A program made the translations under genes and the position numbers. Of a DNA stretch of 49,923 nt, positions 44,541-49,923 are shown in pieces. The notes under the pieces are model-generated. The model did not search any database, was not told where the DNA came from, and worked only from the letters and a program-made list of their open reading frames with translations. The stretch comes from Candidatus Bathyarchaeota archaeon (GTDB lineage Archaea > Thermoproteota > Bathyarchaeia > Bathyarchaeales > Bathyarchaeaceae), in assembly GCA_030615265.1 (NCBI GenBank), contig JAUWZP010000003.1:1-49923 (forward strand), written 5' to 3'. Each line of letters opens with the position of its first letter. Positions within the stretch are counted from its first letter, which is position 1.

Positions 44541-44613
44541 GGGCCGGTAGTTCAGTGGAATGAATGCCGCCCTCGCACGGCGGAGGTCGCGGGTTCAAAT
44601 CCCGCCCGGTCCA
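44541..44613 (+). tRNA. tRNA-Ala(CGC), intronless, no encoded CCA
   Basis: GGGCCGG/CCGGTCC acceptor stem with G3:U70; CCGCC-CTCGCAC-GGCGG anticodon arm; GCGGG-TTCAAAT-CCCGC T arm. Confidence 0.96.
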
Positions 44614-44662
44614 CATTACTTCTAGAAAACGGAAGCGTGTGTGCACATCAACTTTTACGCGG

Positions 44663-45082
44663 CTAACGGTAGCTTTTTTGGTCTCGAGCTCTGGCACCAG
44701 GTCCGCCAAACTTCTTTGATTCCCGTCGCCTTGGGTCTCCAGCGATTAGTGTGCGATCATATACAGAGAAAACTCTACGTAGGTGGGCGCTTTTTGTCCA
44801 TTTCAGCAATGCTCTTGCTATGGCTGTTCTTGTGGCTTCTGCTTGTCCCATGTAGCCTCCGCCTGAAACTTTAATGTCGATGTCTAGCTGGTTCCAAACT
44901 TCGTCGCCGGCATGCCTTAAAGGTTCCAGTATCATTTCACGGGAAATCTTCGGCTCCAAAATTTCGATTGGAACATTGTTTATGCGTACTCTTCCTTTGC
45001 CAGCCCTAACCGTAGCTCGAGCTATCGCTGTTTTTCGTTTACCGCTAGTTAACAAAACCTTTGTTTTACTTGCTCTACTCAT
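44663..45082 (-). CDS. rps9: 30S ribosomal protein S9
   Basis: GKRKTAIAR...[17 protein letters not shown]. Confidence 0.97.
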   Translation of the reverse strand: MSRASKTKVLLTSGKRKTAIARATVRAGKGRVRINNVPIEILEPKISREMILEPLRHAGDEVWNQLDIDIKVSGGGYMGQAEATRTAIARALLKWTKSAHLRRVFSVYDRTLIAGDPRRRESKKFGGPGARARDQKSYR

Positions 45083-45522
45083 TTACTCATTCCCTTCCAA
45101 CCGATTTCTTTAGCGAACTCTCCTAAAGTAAAATATGGGCCCTTCAACTTGGCTGAGCTAGCCTGCGCAAGAGTCTCCATCTCCGCGTTTTTAAACTCAT
45201 CTGACACTCCCAAGTAAACTCGCAGTCTCCTAAGTGCCCGTTGCCCTTTCGCAATTCTTCGTGGAAGCATGCCTCGAACTGTGCGCTGAACGATACGGTC
45301 GGGTCTTCTCCTGTGAAAGGGTCCCTTGCCTGGATGACCAATTGCAAGATATTCTCTTGCTTCCTTTATCTTGCTTAATCTTTTGCCGGAAAGCACTGAT
45401 TTCTCTGCGTTTACAATGACTATTTTTTCGCCTTGCAGCAAACGTTTAGCCACCAGGCTTGCCATGCGCCCTAGAATTAAGCCGGAAGCGTCGATAACTG
45501 AGGGAGGCTGTTCCGTTGTCAT
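45079..45522 (-). CDS. rpl13: 50S ribosomal protein L13
   Basis: [21 protein letters not shown]. Confidence 0.97.
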   Translation of the reverse strand: MTTEQPPSVIDASGLILGRMASLVAKRLLQGEKIVIVNAEKSVLSGKRLSKIKEAREYLAIGHPGKGPFHRRRPDRIVQRTVRGMLPRRIAKGQRALRRLRVYLGVSDEFKNAEMETLAQASSAKLKGPYFTLGEFAKEIGWKGMSK

Positions 45523-45525
45523 TAG

Positions 45526-45891
45526 TCATCCCATGATTTTCACGTTGGTGCCTTTCGGATTCTTCTTCACCAACTCTTGAATTGATAAACATTTTCCCTT
45601 CACCTTCAAGATTTTGGCTTTTGCTTGCGTTGAAAAAGTGAACGCAGCCACATCTATTGGGTGGTCAAGGCGTCCTGCTCCTAGAACCTTGCCTGGTACT
45701 ACGACCGTCTCCTTCGCCTCTGTATAACGATTAAGCCGGCTGAGATTAACTGCGACTCGTCGTCTTTTTGAGGTTGAAAGCTTTTTCGCCACGTCTCGCC
45801 ATATGCCAGCGTTGCTTTCAGTAGATTTTTTCTTTAACAAACGGACAACGCTGAGCAGTTCTGTGTTAGTCGCCTTAGGCCTTTTCATCAC
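45526..45891 (-). CDS. rpl18e: 50S ribosomal protein L18e
   Basis: VNLSRLNR...VVPGKVLG. Confidence 0.96.
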   Translation of the reverse strand: MMKRPKATNTELLSVVRLLKKKSTESNAGIWRDVAKKLSTSKRRRVAVNLSRLNRYTEAKETVVVPGKVLGAGRLDHPIDVAAFTFSTQAKAKILKVKGKCLSIQELVKKNPKGTNVKIMG

Positions 45892-46700
45892 TTTTTCTCC
45901 GTTAGAAGGTTGAGGAAATTCTCTGCTTTTCCATCGAGAATTTTGAGAGATTCAAAAAGTAATCGGTCTACTGAAAGCCCGCCATTCGATTCTATTCCAA
46001 GAATGAACGCGTTTTTATCCCAGGTTACTTCGATGGCGGTTGGATCTTTAGGGCAAGCGTCTTCGCAGTCTTGGCAGAGTGTGCACTCGGTGATGTTGCG
46101 GATTCCTATGTTTTTTTCAACGTTTGTGAGAATTCTTTTCGGGCATACGTCTACACATTTGCCGCAAGCGTCACAGAGTTTCTCGTTTATTTTGACCTTT
46201 GGAAAATACTTGTAGGCGCACACTGAAACAGGCTGCCATTTTACGTGTTCTTTTCCTTTGCCGAGTCGAGCATAGGCTTCTAATCGGATTCTTTGGTCTG
46301 GTGCCAGTTTTGTAATTGGAATTTTGTTGCTTACTGGCGCAATGTCTGGGTTGTTGGGAACGAGGTCACTGGAGTATACTGTTTTAACGCTGTCGGTGGC
46401 TTCTACATCAATTGTTAGGGTCGCGCGGCAAAGGTTGCATCCAAACTCGCTTTTACATGGGCATTCTTTGGGCAAATTGTAAGTGTCCAAGTCCGTTTTT
46501 AACGGGACAAACCCGAGCCTATGGGCTAAAATTTCGTCGTTTAATATGGAGGAATTTTCGAGGACAACTATTTCATCGATTGCCATAGAGGGAACTTCGG
46601 TGAGTATGATGCGGCGTAAGGCGTTCATAAAGGGCACATCAACGCCCTCGATAATTAAACGGGCAGTAACGTCAGTTTTGTCAACAAATCGTACTTTCAT
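45888..46700 (-). CDS. rpoD: RNA polymerase subunit Rpo3 (D) with ferredoxin-like Fe-S insert
   Basis: NALRR...EVPSMAID, LAHRLG, GKEHVKWQP, CDACGKCVDVCP and CTLCQDCEDACP. Confidence 0.96.
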   Translation of the reverse strand: MKVRFVDKTDVTARLIIEGVDVPFMNALRRIILTEVPSMAIDEIVVLENSSILNDEILAHRLGFVPLKTDLDTYNLPKECPCKSEFGCNLCRATLTIDVEATDSVKTVYSSDLVPNNPDIAPVSNKIPITKLAPDQRIRLEAYARLGKGKEHVKWQPVSVCAYKYFPKVKINEKLCDACGKCVDVCPKRILTNVEKNIGIRNITECTLCQDCEDACPKDPTAIEVTWDKNAFILGIESNGGLSVDRLLFESLKILDGKAENFLNLLTEKK

Positions 46701-46796
46701 ACAGCTAAACACCTTACGATAGCTGTTAACCTATGCGCTTTTCATAAGGGAGAGAACGCATTATTTCAATGTTTCCCTCTCTAAAAGACTATGGTA

Positions 46797-47192
46797 CTAG
46801 ACTCTGCGACCTCGCCGTCCGCCTTTTCTTCTGGTTCCATCGTGAGGAATAGGAGTTACCTCTTCGATTCTTCCAATGCGAAAACCTGCTCTGGCCAGCG
46901 CTCGGATGGCTGCTTGGGCGCCTGGGCCTGGGGTTCTGGCTCCTGAGCCTCCTGGGGCTCTTACTTTGATGTGGATGGCGGTTATTCCTTTGTCTTTGGC
47001 GCTTCTTGCGGCTGCTGATGCCGCTCTCATGGCAGCGTAGGGGGAGGATTCTAGTCTGTCGGCTTTTACAAACATGCCTCCTGATGTTCTGGCTATGGTC
47101 TCAGCGCCTGATAGGTCGGTTATGTGAACGATTGTGTTGTTGTAGGAGCTGTATATGCGGACTACTGCCCATCGTTCTGTTTTTTTGCTCAT
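46797..47192 (-). CDS. rps11: 30S ribosomal protein S11
   Basis: [29 protein letters not shown]. Confidence 0.97.
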   Translation of the reverse strand: MSKKTERWAVVRIYSSYNNTIVHITDLSGAETIARTSGGMFVKADRLESSPYAAMRAASAAARSAKDKGITAIHIKVRAPGGSGARTPGPGAQAAIRALARAGFRIGRIEEVTPIPHDGTRRKGGRRGRRV

Positions 47193-47770
47193 GTTTTTTC
47201 CTTCGCTTTTTTCTCTGCGCCTTTAGATGGGTGAGCAGTTTCTGGTTTTGCGGTCGGGATGGATGTGCGTAAAGGATGTTTAGAGTTGGACATTGGGCTT
47301 GTTGGAGCGTAGGCGATTGAGGCTTCTTCGTCTCTTAAAACTAGGTAGCTTGGGGAATTGACCTTTCGTTTTTCAATCGCAATGTGCTTGTGTGTAATGA
47401 GCTGGCGGGCTTGATGAATTGATCGGGCTAGTCCTTTCTGGAACACTATAGTTTGGAACCGCCGTTCGAGAATATCTTCAATTGACAAGTCAAGGGCATC
47501 GTCTAGTGCTGCTTTGTCGGGGAGAATGCCTAAGCGGTGAAGCCTGTTTAAAAGCTGCGTTTCCAGTTTTTTCCGTTGTTCCGGTGACATGCCTAAGAGT
47601 GAGCGGGCTATGCCTCGATATTTTGAGAGCATTGTTCTGTGGCGCCACAGTTCCCGTTTGTTTCGCAGTCCGTATTGTCCAACCAGTCTCAGTTCTGCTT
47701 CTAATGCGTCGATTCTCCATGGGAAACGGGGTGTTTCATATTTTTTCCGCTGTCTCCTGATGTCTCCCAT
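47189..47770 (-). CDS. rps4: 30S ribosomal protein S4
   Basis: [26 protein letters not shown]. Confidence 0.97.
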   Translation of the reverse strand: MGDIRRQRKKYETPRFPWRIDALEAELRLVGQYGLRNKRELWRHRTMLSKYRGIARSLLGMSPEQRKKLETQLLNRLHRLGILPDKAALDDALDLSIEDILERRFQTIVFQKGLARSIHQARQLITHKHIAIEKRKVNSPSYLVLRDEEASIAYAPTSPMSNSKHPLRTSIPTAKPETAHPSKGAEKKAKEKT

Positions 47771-48237
47771 TACTTGGCTCCCCTTCGCATGAGTGCTTTT
47801 TTTCTGACGCCCATGGCTTTTCCTGATCTGCCTGTGGTTCTTGTTTTTTGTCCTCTAACTTTCAGACCGTAGGCGTGACGGTAGCCTCTCCATGACCTAG
47901 TTTTTTTCAGTTCTTCAATGTCGGATTTGACGCGAAGTTCTAGGTCTGGTCCTATAAGGTGGATGTCTTTTCCTGTTTCGATGTCTTTTGGGCGGTTGAG
48001 AAGCCAGCCTGGAAAGCCGTGTTTTGTAGGGTTTGTTATGATGTCTTCAAGTTTTTTCGCTTCAGCTTCGGAGAGAAAGCCTATGCGAGCTTGGGGGTTG
48101 ATGTTGGTTTTCTGTAAGATTGCGTGGGCAAGCTGGATTCCTATGCCTTTGATTTTAGTTAGAGCGTAGCTTACTTTTAGCGTGCCGTCTATGTCTGTGT
48201 CGGCGATTCTCAGGATGTGCAGGAATTCCTTTGACAT
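47770..48237 (-). CDS. rps13: 30S ribosomal protein S13
   Basis: IKGIG, WLLNR, RGYRHAYGLKVRGQKTRTTGR. Confidence 0.97.
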   Translation of the reverse strand: MSKEFLHILRIADTDIDGTLKVSYALTKIKGIGIQLAHAILQKTNINPQARIGFLSEAEAKKLEDIITNPTKHGFPGWLLNRPKDIETGKDIHLIGPDLELRVKSDIEELKKTRSWRGYRHAYGLKVRGQKTRTTGRSGKAMGVRKKALMRRGAK

Positions 48238-48283
48238 CTTAAACAGTCCATTGTTTTTGGGCTATCTACGAAAGGAGTCATAC

Positions 48284-48300
48284 TTTATTTAAACTTTGCT
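48284..48300 (-). promoter_or_regulatory. BRE-TATA promoter of the rps13 operon
   Basis: Reverse complement AGCAAAG-TTTAAATAAA about 50 bp upstream of the rps13 ATG. Confidence 0.55.
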
Positions 48301-48443
48301 TCAAAACACAAAAACGTTTGCATGCGCAAATTATCTTACCATGACTTTCCAAACACTGAGAATGTTGTATTCAATTCCAAAATGCTTAAACGAATCTTGA
48401 ATTCTATTGAAAATGAGGATTCCTCATAGAAAGAATTGTTATC

Positions 48444-49070
48444 TTGGAAAAACTTGGGAATAAAGAAGTCAAAGTTGAAGACATTGCTGAAAATGTGATA
48501 AGAAACCCAGATTTGCTCCCAGAGGTCTTCATTGGAATATCTTCGACAAACCCACGGATAAGATACGGTTGTGCCAAAATTCTCAGGATCATTAGCGAAG
48601 GAAACTCGGAGAGGCTTTACCCGAGAATAGATTTCTTCTTTGAACTGCTAGATAGTGACAAAAGAATACTGAAGTGGAATGCACTATATATAATTGCTAA
48701 TCTAACAAAAGTTGACATGGAAAACAGATTCGAAGATATTTTTGACAAATATTTCGGTCTTCTTAATGCTGAATATATGGTTACAGTTGCCAATGTAATT
48801 GGTAATTCGGGAAAGATCGCTAAAGCAAAACCACATCTTACTCAGAAAATCACCAATGAACTCCTAAAGATAGAAAATCTTACTACCAAATCACATCTCA
48901 CTCAAGAATGTAAGAACATTCTACTTGGTCATGCAATTTCAGCTTTTGACATGTATTTTGACCAAATTGAGAACAAAGAAGAAGTGATTTCATTTGCAAC
49001 AAGACAGCTAAACAATACCCGAAACGCGACAAAGGTAAAAGCAGAAAAATTCCTGAAAACAATACAATAA
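48444..49070 (+). CDS. HEAT/ARM-repeat-like hypothetical protein
   Basis: Helical repeats such as IRYGCAKIL and LKWNALYIIANL. Confidence 0.7.
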   Translation: MEKLGNKEVKVEDIAENVIRNPDLLPEVFIGISSTNPRIRYGCAKILRIISEGNSERLYPRIDFFFELLDSDKRILKWNALYIIANLTKVDMENRFEDIFDKYFGLLNAEYMVTVANVIGNSGKIAKAKPHLTQKITNELLKIENLTTKSHLTQECKNILLGHAISAFDMYFDQIENKEEVISFATRQLNNTRNATKVKAEKFLKTIQ

Positions 49071-49140
49071 AAAAAGTTACAGATCACCGTGCGCAAGAGA
49101 CTCTTCTCATCTAGATGAATTTATCTATTGGTTCATACAA

Positions 49141-49923
49141 GTGGACTGTTTTGGGAGTGTTGCTCTGAAAGACCGAAAGAACGCGTTGTTCTTAACGATT
49201 TTAGCTGGTGTACTGTGGGGCACTTCTTTTCCCGCCATAAAAATCGGCTTAGCATTTGTTGACCCCTACATGTTCATCTTTTTAAGAATGTCTATAGCTT
49301 CAGCCTTGGCTCTATTGATCAGCTCCTTAACGAAAAACCTTGATGTCTCTCTGGCAAAAGAACGAATAGTCTGGTATCTAGGATTACTGAACGGCGTTGC
49401 CTATCTAATACAGTATCTGGGCATGAGTTTTACAACAGCATCTAAATCCTCTTTGCTTGTCAATTTGAGCGCTGTCTGGGTTGCAGTTCTAAGTTGGCTG
49501 GTTTTAAAAGAACGTTTTTCGAAAAAGAAAACGTTGGGAATAGCCTCAGGGCTCATCGGAGTCTTCTTTGTCAGCACCAACTTAAACCTACTCGAACTAA
49601 CTCAAGGCATGATCACAGGAGACGGACTAGTATTCTTGTCAGGCATCCTCTGGTCCTTCTTCATAATGTACAACAAGAAAATAGTTGACGCTCACAACGC
49701 CATTCAAATCATGCCATGGATCTTCCTGGCGACAACTCTGCCTTTATCCCCGTTCATACTTCTTTCCAACACTTCTTCTTTGCTGAACCTCTCAGCTGAA
49801 GCATGGATAGCTATCTTATACACTGCAGTATTTTGCTGGTTAATCCCCTACTATTTATGGTTAAAAGGGTTGAAACACATTTCTCCTGCCGCTTCAACAG
49901 TTATTCTGTTAACAGAAGTAATC
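49141..49923 (+). CDS. DMT/EamA family transporter (3'-truncated by window edge; not in ORF track)
   Basis: LAGVLWGTSFPAIKIGL..., multiple TMs, frame open to the window end; start GTG 49141 or CTG 49165. Confidence 0.85.
   Translation, partial: MDCFGSVALKDRKNALFLTILAGVLWGTSFPAIKIGLAFVDPYMFIFLRMSIASALALLISSLTKNLDVSLAKERIVWYLGLLNGVAYLIQYLGMSFTTASKSSLLVNLSAVWVAVLSWLVLKERFSKKKTLGIASGLIGVFFVSTNLNLLELTQGMITGDGLVFLSGILWSFFIMYNKKIVDAHNAIQIMPWIFLATTLPLSPFILLSNTSSLLNLSAEAWIAILYTAVFCWLIPYYLWLKGLKHISPAASTVILLTEVI

Noticed and set aside
44524-44709. 61-aa ORF containing WTGRDLNPRPPPCEGG
   Set aside because: Antisense translation of the tRNA-Ala gene.

Overview
Archaeal genome window, most likely Bathyarchaeia/TACK (inferred from gene content, a Cren7-like gene and gene order). 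The core parts hold a 5'-truncated fae-hps fusion, rps6e, the eif2g-PIN-rpoE1-spt4-DUF359-rps24e-rps27ae string, rps19, a 2-oxoacid/acetoin dehydrogenase E1a/E1b/E2 cluster, a serA pseudogene, ychF, uppS, DUF373, an acetate-CoA ligase beta subunit, tRNA-Ala(CGC), a tRNA-Tyr(GUA) that parses only with four introns, and the rps13-rps4-rps11-rpoD-rpl18e-rpl13-rps9 operon. A ~24 kb accessory island (3.2-27.1 kb) separates the usually adjacent rps6e and eif2g. It opens with an integrase / RHH / P-loop ATPase / HTH module and continues as a patchwork of cargo genes, including a DprA+PRTase (ShosTA-like) pair and a PD-(D/E)XK nuclease. The most striking feature is about 18 palindromic (ATGC)n tracts, confined to 8.3-26.8 kb and lying at gene boundaries and breakpoints. 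One tract fuses a flavodiiron-protein N-terminus in frame to a thermosome C-terminus. Two other dispersed repeat families also mark module edges. Everything was read by eye; no database searches were run.
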